Source: Candidatus Latescibacterota bacterium (lineage in GTDB: Bacteria; Latescibacterota; UBA2968). Taken from it: DNA of 64,000 bases. Positions within the stretch are counted from its first letter, which is position 1; every line of letters begins with the position of its first letter. The stretch lies in NCBI GenBank assembly GCA_965204375.1, contig OZ241986.1, positions 1,376,001-1,440,000 of the forward strand, in the 5' to 3' direction. The translations under genes and the position numbers were made by a program. Positions 27,127-37,354 of the stretch are shown one piece after another. The notes under the pieces were generated by a model that saw only the letters and a list, made by a program, of their open reading frames with translations, ran no database searches and had not been told where the DNA came from.

Positions 27127-27837
27127 ATGGAAACTAAAGATGCGACAGGACAGACTGTGATTGTAACCGGCTCGAATAGAGGAATCGGGCTTGGGTGGGT
27201 GAAGCATTATCTGAACGCCGGTGATTCTGTCGTGGCTACTTGTCGGACACCAGCGGAGGCAACAGATCTGATTGCGCTGAAAGAAAAATACGGGAGCAAG
27301 CTGTTGATCGAGCAATTGGATATGTCGAATGAAGAACATTTCGACCGTTTGGGGGAATCCCTGGCCCGGCATAATGTGCGTATTGACATTGCTATCAATA
27401 ATGCTGGCTCGGGTAGTGGAAAACCCTTTGGAGAGTGGAACACGGCGAGTTTTGCGATTACTTTCGAGGTGCATACCATTGGTTCTGCTTTGTTTGCACA
27501 AATGGTTACGCCACTGCTGAACGACGGGGCAAAAATGGTGCTGACCTCTTCTGGTGTGGGCAGTATTGCGCGCGCCAATCGCCAAAACGAAATGGACGCT
27601 TACGCCATTGCCAAAGCAGGGGTCAATATGCTTGCCAGGCGATTGTCCGTCAGACTCGCCGACCGCAATATTGTAGTGGTTGCTCTCACTCCGGGGGCTG
27701 TACTCACAGGCATGAACCCGAACGGTACGATTTCTGTAGAGGAATCCGTTGGACTGATGACCAGCACGCTTGATAATTTGACCATGGAGGATAGTGGCAG
27801 CTTTCTTCAAAATAATGGCACAGTGGTGCCCTGGTAG
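27127..27837 (+). CDS. Short-chain dehydrogenase/reductase (CsgA/C-factor-like)
   Basis: TGSNRGIG, INNAG, SSGVGS, YAIAK, PGAVLTGM; start at ATG 27127. Confidence 0.9.
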   Translation: METKDATGQTVIVTGSNRGIGLGWVKHYLNAGDSVVATCRTPAEATDLIALKEKYGSKLLIEQLDMSNEEHFDRLGESLARHNVRIDIAINNAGSGSGKPFGEWNTASFAITFEVHTIGSALFAQMVTPLLNDGAKMVLTSSGVGSIARANRQNEMDAYAIAKAGVNMLARRLSVRLADRNIVVVALTPGAVLTGMNPNGTISVEESVGLMTSTLDNLTMEDSGSFLQNNGTVVPW

Positions 27838-27859
27838 CTCTTGTGAAAGGACCCTTTGT

Positions 27860-29350
27860 ATGGCAGAGAAGCCCAATGTGATCGTAATTTTTACAGATGA
27901 TCAGGGATATGGCGACGCGAGTTGCCTGAATCCAGATGCGAAGTTTCAGACGCCAAATCTGGATCGATTGGCAGCAGAAGGAATTGCTTTTACCAATGGG
28001 CATTGCTCAGATACGGTTTGCACGCCTTCGCGTTATGGATTGCTGACTGGACGCTATTCCTGGCGGACGTTGAAGAAACAGGGCGTTTTTCCCGCCGAAG
28101 TACCGTGTCTGATTACAGACGAACGCATGACGCTGGCTTCAATGTTTGGGGCAAATGGATATGATACGGCGATGGTTGGCAAGTGGCACCTGGGTATGAA
28201 TTTCCCTGGCGAGGTGGGCAATCGCGATTGGCGTCAGCCTGTTACCGATATGCCGTTGGATAAGGGATTTGATTATTTTTATGGCATACCCGCTTCGCTC
28301 AATTACGGAATTCTCGCCTGGTTTGAAGGGCGATATGCCAGAGTACCGCCGACGGTTTATACGGCTAAGAAACCAAATGACCGGCATATGGATTATCGCA
28401 TCATGCCGCCGTATGAGAACACGCCGGAAGAAACGCTTGAAGCATTGGGCACTATGGGTATGGAGGTTGCGCCCGATTTTATTGACAATGAGTGTTTGAC
28501 GCGGTTTACCGATAAGGCGATTGCGTGGATGCAGGGCAAAGAATCCAGCACCAAAAGTGGTAAGCCGTTTTTTTTGTACCTGCCATTTACATCGCCGCAC
28601 TATCCCGTATGCCCGCGTGAGGAATTTTGGAATCAGGGCGATTGTGGTGGCTATGGTGAGTTTATGATTGAGACAGATCACCATGTAGGGCGCGTGCTGG
28701 ATTATCTGGAGCAGTCGGGATTGGATGACAATACTATTGTTGTATATACCAGTGATAACGGCCCGGAAAATTCGTGGCGTGGACGGATTGAAGAATTTGG
28801 TCATCATAGCAATGGTATTTATCGCGGAGGTAAAAGGGATATTTACGAAGGTGGACATCGCGTGCCATTTTTTATGCGGTGGCCCAAAGGCATTCAGAAT
28901 CCCGGGCGCAAATGTGATGATCTGGTAGGTCTGGTCGATTTAATGGCGACTTTTGCTGAGGTTGTAGGGGCCGAGTTGCCTGCTGATGCGGGCGAAGATA
29001 GCCAGAGTTTTGCGAAGATACTCAGTGATTTTGACACTCCCCATGAACGATTGCCTTTGATTAACCACGGTGCTGGGGGCCGGTTTGCGATTACAGAAGG
29101 CACGTGGAAGCTGATTATGGCGCACAAGAATGAGCCGTTAGAGCTTTACGATCTCGCGAATGATCCCGGTGAGACAAAAAACGCGATTGGCGATCACCCT
29201 GAGATTGTAGCAGACCTGACCGATAAAATTACAAGCATTGTGTGCAATGGGCGTACGATTCCTGGTGAGAACCAGGCGAATGATACCGATTACTGGGATG
29301 ATTTGACGTGGATTTCATCTGAGGATTATCGGGCAAGGCAACTAAGATGA
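27860..29350 (+). CDS. Arylsulfatase (Cys-type S1)
   Basis: KPNVIVIFTDDQGYGD, CTPSR, GKWHLG, SDNGP, YEGGHRVP. Confidence 0.94.
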   Translation: MAEKPNVIVIFTDDQGYGDASCLNPDAKFQTPNLDRLAAEGIAFTNGHCSDTVCTPSRYGLLTGRYSWRTLKKQGVFPAEVPCLITDERMTLASMFGANGYDTAMVGKWHLGMNFPGEVGNRDWRQPVTDMPLDKGFDYFYGIPASLNYGILAWFEGRYARVPPTVYTAKKPNDRHMDYRIMPPYENTPEETLEALGTMGMEVAPDFIDNECLTRFTDKAIAWMQGKESSTKSGKPFFLYLPFTSPHYPVCPREEFWNQGDCGGYGEFMIETDHHVGRVLDYLEQSGLDDNTIVVYTSDNGPENSWRGRIEEFGHHSNGIYRGGKRDIYEGGHRVPFFMRWPKGIQNPGRKCDDLVGLVDLMATFAEVVGAELPADAGEDSQSFAKILSDFDTPHERLPLINHGAGGRFAITEGTWKLIMAHKNEPLELYDLANDPGETKNAIGDHPEIVADLTDKITSIVCNGRTIPGENQANDTDYWDDLTWISSEDYRARQLR

Positions 29351-30888
29351 GTAAATCTCAACAAATACCGGGACAGCGTTCCAATATTCTGATTATATGT
29401 AGCGATCAGCATCATCCTGCAATGGTGGGGTATCGGCAGTACCCATTTGTGGAAACGCCCAATCTGGATCGCCTGGGGCGCGAAGGCACACACTTTACGC
29501 GGGCGTATGCCAATTGTGCGGTGTGTGGTCCCAGTCGCATGAGTTTTATGACGGGGAAGTATGTTCACCAGATTGATAGCTGGTCGAATGGCGTGCCTCT
29601 GCCCGAAGAAGAGAAACAAAAGACCTGGGCAGCGCGGCTGGATCAGAATGGTATCGAATCGACTTGTATAGGCAAAATCGACTCTGCTGGTACCGTTGAC
29701 GATCACAATCCGGGATTTACCCACTTTGACGAACTTCTTCACCGAACGGCATGGGATCCCTATCCGAGAGAGATACCTTTTGTCACGCGCCTTCCCGGAT
29801 ACACGCGGCCAGCCAGTCGGCGATTTTTACTCGAAGCGGGCGGGGGAGATGTCGCAAAGATTGATGACCGGCAGGAGTTGGGATTCTATGGTCATGACCG
29901 CGAGGTGACAGATAAGACGCTGGTGTATTTGCGGGAAAAAGGGCAGGCTAAATCGGATTCCCCCTGGGTGCTGTATGTCGGCTACCTGTATCCCCACTGG
30001 CCGTATCGCGTACCTGAGAAATATTTCGATATGTATTATCCCGATCGCGTTTTGATGCCCCACGGTGCAAAGTTCCCAAATCGCGATATTCACCCCGCGA
30101 TGCAAGAGTGGCAAGCCTCCAATGTATTTGGGGAAGTGACAGAGGATATGCTGCGTCGGACGATTGCTGCTTATTACGGTATGATCACCTGTATGGATGA
30201 TATGATCGGCGAGATTCTCGATGAGTTGCAGGACCAGGGTCTTTATGAAAATACATACATCATCTATACATCAGATCATGGAGAATCCATGGGCGAACAC
30301 GGACTTTTTTTTAAGCACTGTTCTTATGAAGGGGCTATTGGGGTTCCTCTTGTGATCACAGGCCCGGGTATTCCTGAGGGAGAGGTCAATACCGACACGC
30401 CCGTTTCTCTAATCGATCTCTATCCCACCATTTTGGACATGGCTGGGCTGGGTCCCGAACCCGGTCTGCCTGGTTCGAGTTGGTTGCCACTTGTGAGGGG
30501 TGAACCACACAAACGGTCTGAGCGCGTTTTTGCAGAATGGCATGGTCCGCAACTTCGAGGTGCGTATTACATGATTGTGCGGGGCGATTATAAATACACC
30601 TGGTATGAATTTCATCCGCCCTCGTTATTCAATGTGAAGGAAGACCCGAAGGAAGAACGCGATCTCGCATCGGATATTGAACAGGCTGATAGGCTCAGGG
30701 CGTTTGAAGAGGAGTTGCGTTCCATAGTCGATCCAAAGGCGACGGCTCTGCGCGCCAAACGGGATTTGGGACTGATCGCGCCAGATGGCACGGATATGAC
30801 CGATAGCCTGATACCCTGGGCGGGATTTGAAGACGGGACACTTGAGGAAATTCAGCGTGCCGACAGTGCGCGGCACAGGCGGTCATAA
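29347..30888 (+). CDS. Sulfatase, choline-sulfatase-like
   Basis: NILIICSDQH, CGPSR, YPHWP, YYGMI, SDHGE; ATGA overlap with the upstream gene. Confidence 0.92.
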   Translation: MSKSQQIPGQRSNILIICSDQHHPAMVGYRQYPFVETPNLDRLGREGTHFTRAYANCAVCGPSRMSFMTGKYVHQIDSWSNGVPLPEEEKQKTWAARLDQNGIESTCIGKIDSAGTVDDHNPGFTHFDELLHRTAWDPYPREIPFVTRLPGYTRPASRRFLLEAGGGDVAKIDDRQELGFYGHDREVTDKTLVYLREKGQAKSDSPWVLYVGYLYPHWPYRVPEKYFDMYYPDRVLMPHGAKFPNRDIHPAMQEWQASNVFGEVTEDMLRRTIAAYYGMITCMDDMIGEILDELQDQGLYENTYIIYTSDHGESMGEHGLFFKHCSYEGAIGVPLVITGPGIPEGEVNTDTPVSLIDLYPTILDMAGLGPEPGLPGSSWLPLVRGEPHKRSERVFAEWHGPQLRGAYYMIVRGDYKYTWYEFHPPSLFNVKEDPKEERDLASDIEQADRLRAFEEELRSIVDPKATALRAKRDLGLIAPDGTDMTDSLIPWAGFEDGTLEEIQRADSARHRRS

Positions 30889-30901
30889 TGGAGAAAAAGA
30901 T

Positions 30902-33900
30902 ATGACACCTGTAAATAATTCATTGCCCTTTAGGTTGGGTGTGGGGTCTGCTTTAAAAGCTGCGGTTTTGGCTTATTCGCAGACTGTTCGCAATGAGCCT
31001 GGGCTTTTGGCTTATTGGCGAGTGGGAGATACTCAGGATGCGGATGCCAGTAGAGAGCGTTCGTATGTGGCTTTGGGGGTTGTGCCACATCTGGATGAAG
31101 ATCCACTGGGCGATGCATCTGTGGAGTTCTTTTTTCAGGTTGTTTCCGATGGACAGTTGGACTACGAACCCTGTCTTATTTCGCATCAGATATCCCACGG
31201 TGAACAGACGCGATTCGCATTTCATGTGACGCGGGATTTGACTGCGCTTCGATTTCTCAATGGTACAACAAATACGCTGATTTTCCCGCCCGATGGACCA
31301 ATAAAAGTGGGACAGTGGTATCATTTTTTGGCTACGAGCAAACCGCGACAGGAATTTCGCGCTTATATCGATGGCGTCGAATGCTTTCTGGATATGGGTT
31401 CTCTGGCGTTTGGCGTGCGGCAGCAAGCTTGTCCGATACAGATTGGTGCGTCCAGCGAAAATGGCGAGAATCGGGCTGTAAATTGCGCGATAGATGAGGT
31501 GGCCATATACAATGTGGCTCTGACGCCGTTGGATATCGCGCGACATGTTGATGCGGCTGGCCGAGAGACACTCCGAAAGCAGGTGGTGCATGATCGGAGA
31601 CAACGAGAGGATGAAAAAAAAGAGGTGGCGGCAGCGGCGCTTAGAGCGCGTCTAAACGATCCCGCTTTGCTCGATCCCGGCGAGACAAAAGTCTATGAAG
31701 GGCAATATCTGGATGCGATTTCTCTGCCGGTAGGAGGTATTGGTGCGGGTTTGATTCAGATGAACGGTAAGGCAGAGCGGTCGGTATGGCAAATATTCAA
31801 TAATTTTGAGCATGTTGAAGTGCCCAATAGCTTTTTTGCCGTGTGGGCGAGGCCCCGGGGAAAAGAGCCTGTGGTCAGGGCTTTGCAGACTTCGGATGTT
31901 GGCGTATTTCCCGTGATGGATCGTCTGAGATTCAGGGGGGAATACCCATTTGGATGGTTTGAGTTCGCAGATGCCGATTTTCCTCTTCAGATCGAAATGG
32001 AGGTTTTTAATCCGCTGATCCCCCTCAATGTGAAATGTTCGAGTATCCCATGTGGGATTTTTAATCTGACGGCGAGCAATGAGGGTGATTCCTCTGTAGA
32101 AGTCAGTTTTCTGGCTACGCAACAAAATGCGATTGGCATTACGGGAGATGAATCCCATCAGGGTTATGGCGGCAATGTCAACCGCGTGATTCGAGAGGAT
32201 GATGCAACTTCGATTCATATGACGCAGGTGTCGTCATCGGATGTGGATATGGTGCTGTCGGCACAGGTGGAAAATGCCTGTGCGACGGCTTCGTGGACCG
32301 GCTTGCGCGATTTGTATGAAGCGTTTTCACGAGATGGTGAGTTGGAGTATGTCGAAACAGCGGGGCCGTCGGCTGCAGGCGAAATGGTCGATTGTGCGCT
32401 GGCTACGCCATTTGTGCTTCAGCCCGGAGAAAAACGCACTATTACCTTTGTTCTCACCTGGTATTTCCCTAACACCAACCATGGTGCGCATATCTGGGTG
32501 AAACACGGCAATATGTATTCAAACTGGTGGACTGATGCACTGGATGTTTATGCGTATCTCAAGGCTAATCTCGCTGATTTGACGCAACAGACGCGGCGGT
32601 TTCACGATACGCTTTATGCGTCGAATCTCCCACACTGGTTGCTGGATCGAATAAGTTCGCAGGTTGCCGTGCTGAGAACCAGGACGTGTTTTTGGGCAAA
32701 AGATGGGTATTTTGGGGCCAATGAAGGTTGCGCACCAACTTCGGGTTGTTGTCTGGGGAATTGCAGTCATGTGTGGCACTATGCACAGGCGCATGCGCGT
32801 CTTTTTCCCGAGATCGCGCGGAGAATGCGCGAGCAGACGTTTGCTCTGCAGCGGGAAGATGGGGGATTGCCTTTTCGCCACAGTGATCGCCATTTTGAAA
32901 TACAGGGTCCGGCAATTGATGGGATACTCGGCGATATTTTGAGTACGTATCGCGAGTATCAGTGTGGCTCAGATCAGCAGTGGTTGCACGCGCATTGGCC
33001 CAGCGCGCAGAAGGCGATGAATTTTGTGATTGCGCGTTGGGATTCAGATGAAGATGGCTTGTTATCAGGTTCGCAACACAATACGCTTGATGGTGAACTG
33101 TCGGGGTCAACATCGTGGATGGGTACGCTATACCTGTCGGCTCTTGCGGCGTGTGAAAAGATGGCGGTATTGGAAGATGATGCGCAGGCCGCCGGTCGAT
33201 ATCTCAGGTTGCGCGAGAAGGGAACACGAAATCAGAACCAGACGCTCTGGAATGGCGAGTATTATGTGCAGAGCCCCGACGAGGATGCCCATGAAGACTA
33301 CGGAGATGGTTGCCATATCGATCAGGTGCTTGGCGAGTGGTGGGCACCGCAGGTAAATTTGTCGAGTCACTATCCCCGGGCAAATATCCGTTCGGCGCTG
33401 CGGTCTCTTTTGCAGTACAATTTCAAGCATCATTTTCGCACGACGACACAGCGACCAAGAAAATTTGTCGATAATGACGATGCGGCCATGAAGATGATTT
33501 CTTGGCCAAAAAGTCCTCAGCCATTTCGCAGTATGAAATACGGCGATGAGGCGATGACGGGTTTTGAGTATGGTGCTGCTGCAACGATGGTTCAGTTTGG
33601 AATGCTCAGGGAGGGGTTGATGGTTGCTCGCGCTGTTTACGATCGCTACGATGGCAAGCTGCGCGATCAGTTGACGGAGATGAATACGGCGTCATGGGGG
33701 TATAGCGGAAATCCGTTTGGCGATGATGAATGCGGCAAATTTTATGCACGGGCGATGAGTGTGTGGTCGTTGTTGCTCGCTTGCCAGGGTTTTGTATATG
33801 AAGGTCCCAAAGCGAGGATTGGCTTTGCACCTGTATGGAACCCCGCTGATCACGTATCCTTTTTTACCGCAGCCGAGGGATGGGGCCTGTTCAGACAGAG

Positions 33901-34147
33901 ACGCGATGTGCAAATGCAGGTTATGGAATTAAGCGTTGAATGGGGGTGCCTGCCCGTTCGGATATTTGAATTTGAATTACCTAAAGGTCGGCAGGTACAA
34001 TCGGTTTTTGCTTCCGTCGGTGGGGAGGAGGTGAGTACGATCGCCTCATTTAGCGGTTCCAAAGTGATCCTGACCATGGAAGAAGAAGTTGTTTTGACCA
34101 CTGGGGATAAGATGGTCATTGAGGTATCGTTCAATCTCCCCCCCTGA
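30902..34147 (+). CDS. LamG-like domain fused to GH116 (non-lysosomal glucosylceramidase-like) glycosidase
   Basis: N-terminal LLAYWR, GQWYH, IDEVAIYNVALT (LamG_3). Then LPVGGIGAG, FRGEYPF, FNPLIP, ANEGC, HVWHYAQ, HNTLD, DQVLG, GNPFGDDECGKFYARAMS. Confidence 0.87.
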   Translation: MTPVNNSLPFRLGVGSALKAAVLAYSQTVRNEPGLLAYWRVGDTQDADASRERSYVALGVVPHLDEDPLGDASVEFFFQVVSDGQLDYEPCLISHQISHGEQTRFAFHVTRDLTALRFLNGTTNTLIFPPDGPIKVGQWYHFLATSKPRQEFRAYIDGVECFLDMGSLAFGVRQQACPIQIGASSENGENRAVNCAIDEVAIYNVALTPLDIARHVDAAGRETLRKQVVHDRRQREDEKKEVAAAALRARLNDPALLDPGETKVYEGQYLDAISLPVGGIGAGLIQMNGKAERSVWQIFNNFEHVEVPNSFFAVWARPRGKEPVVRALQTSDVGVFPVMDRLRFRGEYPFGWFEFADADFPLQIEMEVFNPLIPLNVKCSSIPCGIFNLTASNEGDSSVEVSFLATQQNAIGITGDESHQGYGGNVNRVIREDDATSIHMTQVSSSDVDMVLSAQVENACATASWTGLRDLYEAFSRDGELEYVETAGPSAAGEMVDCALATPFVLQPGEKRTITFVLTWYFPNTNHGAHIWVKHGNMYSNWWTDALDVYAYLKANLADLTQQTRRFHDTLYASNLPHWLLDRISSQVAVLRTRTCFWAKDGYFGANEGCAPTSGCCLGNCSHVWHYAQAHARLFPEIARRMREQTFALQREDGGLPFRHSDRHFEIQGPAIDGILGDILSTYREYQCGSDQQWLHAHWPSAQKAMNFVIARWDSDEDGLLSGSQHNTLDGELSGSTSWMGTLYLSALAACEKMAVLEDDAQAAGRYLRLREKGTRNQNQTLWNGEYYVQSPDEDAHEDYGDGCHIDQVLGEWWAPQVNLSSHYPRANIRSALRSLLQYNFKHHFRTTTQRPRKFVDNDDAAMKMISWPKSPQPFRSMKYGDEAMTGFEYGAAATMVQFGMLREGLMVARAVYDRYDGKLRDQLTEMNTASWGYSGNPFGDDECGKFYARAMSVWSLLLACQGFVYEGPKARIGFAPVWNPADHVSFFTAAEGWGLFRQRRDVQMQVMELSVEWGCLPVRIFEFELPKGRQVQSVFASVGGEEVSTIASFSGSKVILTMEEEVVLTTGDKMVIEVSFNLPP

Positions 34148-34172
34148 CAACAAAAAAAGAAAGGATTAGGGC

Positions 34173-34982
34173 ATGAATCAACCCTTGCAGTTGAAGAGAT
34201 ATTTTTGGGACGCAGTTGTTGCGACCATGGTTTGCTCGTTGGTCACCACATCAGAAACAGATGCACAACCTGACGGAAATGAATGGGTTGAACGTTACGA
34301 ACCGCACGTTTTCAACGAGATGCCATATCGGCTGTTGAAGCCCATAGATTTTGATTCGGACAAGCGCTATCCCGTTATCGTTTCATTGCATGGTGGAGGT
34401 GGCCGAGGGACAGATAATCGAAAACAATTGCGTGGCTGGAATAGACTTCTTGCAGACGAGCAGAGGCAAACGGATTATCCCTCTTATGTGCTCGCTCCTC
34501 AAGTCAATCGTTTGTGGAATGCAGAAGACCTCCAAAAGATCAAAGATCTCATTGCAACATTGCCGTCCGTTGATATGGACAGAATATACGTTCTTGGGCA
34601 CTCCATGGGTGGCCACGGTACCCATGTCTTTTTACAAATTGATCCCCATTATTTCGCCGCGGCAGCACCTTCGGCTGGAACGGGTTTGCCTCAGACAGAA
34701 GAATTTATCGATGCGTCGGTGATTAAAGATGTTCCGATATGGGCTTTCCACGGGGATCTGGATAAGGTCTGTCCATTTGAACGCGCTCAAAAACTTTTTG
34801 GGGAGATGCAGAAATTAGGTGGGAACATGAAGTTCACGGTCTGGACGGGTGATGGACATAGTGTTGCTATGAAAATGATTACTGGTGCCGACAATGGCAG
34901 CACCCAACTCAGCAGCGATCGCTGTGATCCCGAGCCTGTGTTTATGAAATGGCTTTTTGCACAAAAACGCACTGGCGACTGA
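34173..34982 (+). CDS. Alpha/beta hydrolase (phospholipase/carboxylesterase-like), probable signal peptide
   Basis: YPVIVSLHGGGG, DRIYVLGHSMGG nucleophile, PIWAFHGDLD, GDGH. Confidence 0.85.
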   Translation: MNQPLQLKRYFWDAVVATMVCSLVTTSETDAQPDGNEWVERYEPHVFNEMPYRLLKPIDFDSDKRYPVIVSLHGGGGRGTDNRKQLRGWNRLLADEQRQTDYPSYVLAPQVNRLWNAEDLQKIKDLIATLPSVDMDRIYVLGHSMGGHGTHVFLQIDPHYFAAAAPSAGTGLPQTEEFIDASVIKDVPIWAFHGDLDKVCPFERAQKLFGEMQKLGGNMKFTVWTGDGHSVAMKMITGADNGSTQLSSDRCDPEPVFMKWLFAQKRTGD

Positions 34983-35004
34983 GTAGATTTTTTCGCACTT
35001 GATG

Positions 35005-35053
35005 ATGAACAGCATGTTCATATCTCGGAATGGAAATTGAACATTGTGTTGCA
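35005..35053. promoter_or_regulatory. Candidate operator pair TGAACA-N3-TGTT upstream of radC
   Basis: Perfect palindrome ATGAACA-GCA-TGTTCAT (35005-35021) and a second copy TGAACA-TTG-TGTTGC (35038-35052). Confidence 0.4.
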
Positions 35054-35178
35054 AATATTGTATTGATTTTTTTGCCGTTAAATTTGTAAATGCATATAAA
35101 TAAAAGATTTGTAAAATATCTCAATCAACGGCACTGATTTTGCCTGATGTTGTGGAAACAATATCAGGGAGATAGTAT

Positions 35179-35871
35179 ATGAATGGCTTTGTAAAAAATA
35201 GAGGAGGTATCGCGGGTGTGGCGGATGTGGATATGCCACGAGAAAAGCTCGAGCGTTTGGGACCAGAGGCATTGCGAGATGAGGAACTGCTGGCAATTTT
35301 GCTGCGAACGGGATACGAGGGCCGAAATGTTCTGGAAATTTCGCGTGGGATAATCAAGCGCTATCCTGTGAATAAACTCGTGGAGATGGATCTGAAAAAT
35401 CTCACGACAATAAAGGGAATCGGGCAGGCAAAAGCCGCGGGTTTAGTCGCGGGATTTGAACTGGCAAAACGAGGTCTCAATCAGGGAATAGGAATTGAGC
35501 CTACTATTACGAGTCCGGTTGACGTTTTGGGGTTTCTGACCGATATCAAAGATCGGCGCAAAGAATATTTTGTGGCGCTTTTTCTCAATGCGCGGAATCA
35601 GGTGATTTGCCGCGAAGATGTGTCGGTTGGCTCGCTCAACGCCTCGCTCGTGCATCCGCGAGAGGTCTTTGCCCCAGCCGTGGGATCATCTGCTGCAAGT
35701 GTGATTTTGGCGCACAATCATCCCAGCGGCGATGTAACACCGAGTCGAGAAGATATTGAACTTACGCGCCGCATGGTGCAGGCTGGTGAGATTATGGGGA
35801 TTGAGGTACTGGACCATCTGATCGTCGGTTCGGAGCGGTTCTTGAGTATGAAAGAGGCGAATGTCTTTTAG
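35179..35871 (+). CDS. radC: RadC family protein (JAB domain)
   Basis: PREKL...ELLAILLRTG, HhH IKGIGQAKA, VHPREVF, AHNHPSGD, DHLIVG. Confidence 0.95.
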   Translation: MNGFVKNRGGIAGVADVDMPREKLERLGPEALRDEELLAILLRTGYEGRNVLEISRGIIKRYPVNKLVEMDLKNLTTIKGIGQAKAAGLVAGFELAKRGLNQGIGIEPTITSPVDVLGFLTDIKDRRKEYFVALFLNARNQVICREDVSVGSLNASLVHPREVFAPAVGSSAASVILAHNHPSGDVTPSREDIELTRRMVQAGEIMGIEVLDHLIVGSERFLSMKEANVF

Positions 35872-35879
35872 GTGGTGAT

Positions 35880-36689
35880 ATGAGCCGACTATTAACATTG
35901 ACAACAGATTTTGGTCTTTCTGATGGCTATGTTGCTGCGATGAAGGGCGTGGTGCTTAGCTGTATGCCAGAAGCTCGAATCGTAGATATAACACATCAAG
36001 TGCCGCCTCAAGATATTGCTGCTGGTGCTTTTGCGATGTATTGTGCGTGTCCTTTTTTTCCTGAGGGTAGTGTACACGTTGGGGTGGTTGACCCGGGGGT
36101 GGGGAGTGATCGACGGGGCATTGTCGTTGAAACAGAGCAATTTGTATATGTCGGGCCAGATAATGGCCTGTTTTCTCCTGTTTACGAGCGGGAAATTGTA
36201 CGGCGTATTGTAGCGATTGAAAATGCGGCATTGATGAGATCCGTTGTAAGTTCGACTTTTCACGGACGAGATGTATTTGCCCTGGTGGGGGCGCATTTAC
36301 TCAGGGGGATGTCAGGTGAAGAGGTGGGACCGGAAATTGAGGATCCAGTCACATGCGATTTGTGGGGCGTTGAAGAACGTGCTGATGCACTCGTTGGGCG
36401 AGTGGTGTGCGTTGACCATTTTGGCAACGCGATTTCAATGATTGCGCGGTCACAAATTGATGCAAAATATCCCGATGGGGATTTTGAGATCGTCGTTGGG
36501 AAGACCCGGTTTGATCGGATATGTCAGACATATAGCCAGGTCAAAGAAGGAGAAGTTCTAGCGCTTTACGGCAGTTTGGATACGCTGGAGATCGCGGTTT
36601 GTGGGGGCAGTGCAAGCAGGTCACTCGGTGTAAAACGAGGGGATGAGATTTGCGTTTATAGAGGTCAGGGTAGGAGAGATAGTAGTTGA
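35880..36689 (+). CDS. SAM hydroxide adenosyltransferase (DUF62, fluorinase/chlorinase family)
   Basis: LTTDFG, VVDPGVG, GPDNG, STFHGRDVF, DHFGN. Confidence 0.92.
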   Translation: MSRLLTLTTDFGLSDGYVAAMKGVVLSCMPEARIVDITHQVPPQDIAAGAFAMYCACPFFPEGSVHVGVVDPGVGSDRRGIVVETEQFVYVGPDNGLFSPVYEREIVRRIVAIENAALMRSVVSSTFHGRDVFALVGAHLLRGMSGEEVGPEIEDPVTCDLWGVEERADALVGRVVCVDHFGNAISMIARSQIDAKYPDGDFEIVVGKTRFDRICQTYSQVKEGEVLALYGSLDTLEIAVCGGSASRSLGVKRGDEICVYRGQGRRDSS

Positions 36690-37354
36690 GAAATGCGGTC
36701 TATTTCAATATCGGGCTGTTCTGATGGGGTTTGAGGCTTTCTGTTTTTTTGTCGGCCATGACGCATGTGTACAGTGGTCATACCCAGGGTTTTTGCCGTG
36801 GCGATCTCATCGGTGAGTTTGTCGCCCACGCATAGAATGTGGGCGTGGGGCAAGGATAATGCTTTTGCGGCCTGTGTGAGCGATGCCTCTTTATCGCTGC
36901 TTTTTCGGTCGTCGTGCAGGATGAGAGTATTGTCGCCCTCGCTAAAATAATTGCACAAGCCGAGAAGGCGAACTTTTTCGCGCTGACGATCGGGATTTCC
37001 AGAGGTGACAAGGGCGAGTTGATAGCTGCGTTGGACAAGGGTAGCGAGGGTGGGGAGTACATCGGGAAAAGGAGTAATGGCTTCCACATTGTGGGGATTG
37101 TACGCGTTGAGTGCCCGTTCTACAATGTTGGCCGGGATATTGTACTGTGCACCAAGTAAGCGAATGGCCTCTGAAGAGCCATGCGTTTGGGAAAGTGACA
37201 CCTGTTGCTGATAACCGGTCTCAATTGAGAGGTTGGGATGTGCTGAAGCGAGAATCTGAGCGACTCTGCGTCGTGCCGGTTGGGTGAGTTGGCCCGTGCA
37301 GTCAAAGAGAGTGTCGTCGAGGTCAAAAATAATGCCTCTAATTTTTCCTATCAT
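36665..37354 (-). CDS. HAD-superfamily hydrolase (subfamily IA)
   Basis: FDLDDTL, LVTSG, VGDKLTDEI; ATGA overlap with the upstream fusion gene. Confidence 0.9.
   Translation of the reverse strand: MIGKIRGIIFDLDDTLFDCTGQLTQPARRRVAQILASAHPNLSIETGYQQQVSLSQTHGSSEAIRLLGAQYNIPANIVERALNAYNPHNVEAITPFPDVLPTLATLVQRSYQLALVTSGNPDRQREKVRLLGLCNYFSEGDNTLILHDDRKSSDKEASLTQAAKALSLPHAHILCVGDKLTDEIATAKTLGMTTVHMRHGRQKNRKPQTPSEQPDIEIDRISQLLSLLP

Noticed and set aside
35179-35871. radC as a mobile-element or anti-defence marker
   Set aside because: Full-length chromosomal type with N-terminal HhH region; no mobile genes adjacent.
35880-36689. Fluorinase/chlorinase (halogenase) function
   Set aside because: Standard DUF62 Asp/Arg/His motifs (FHGRD), housekeeping context and no biosynthetic cluster point to a SAM hydrolase.
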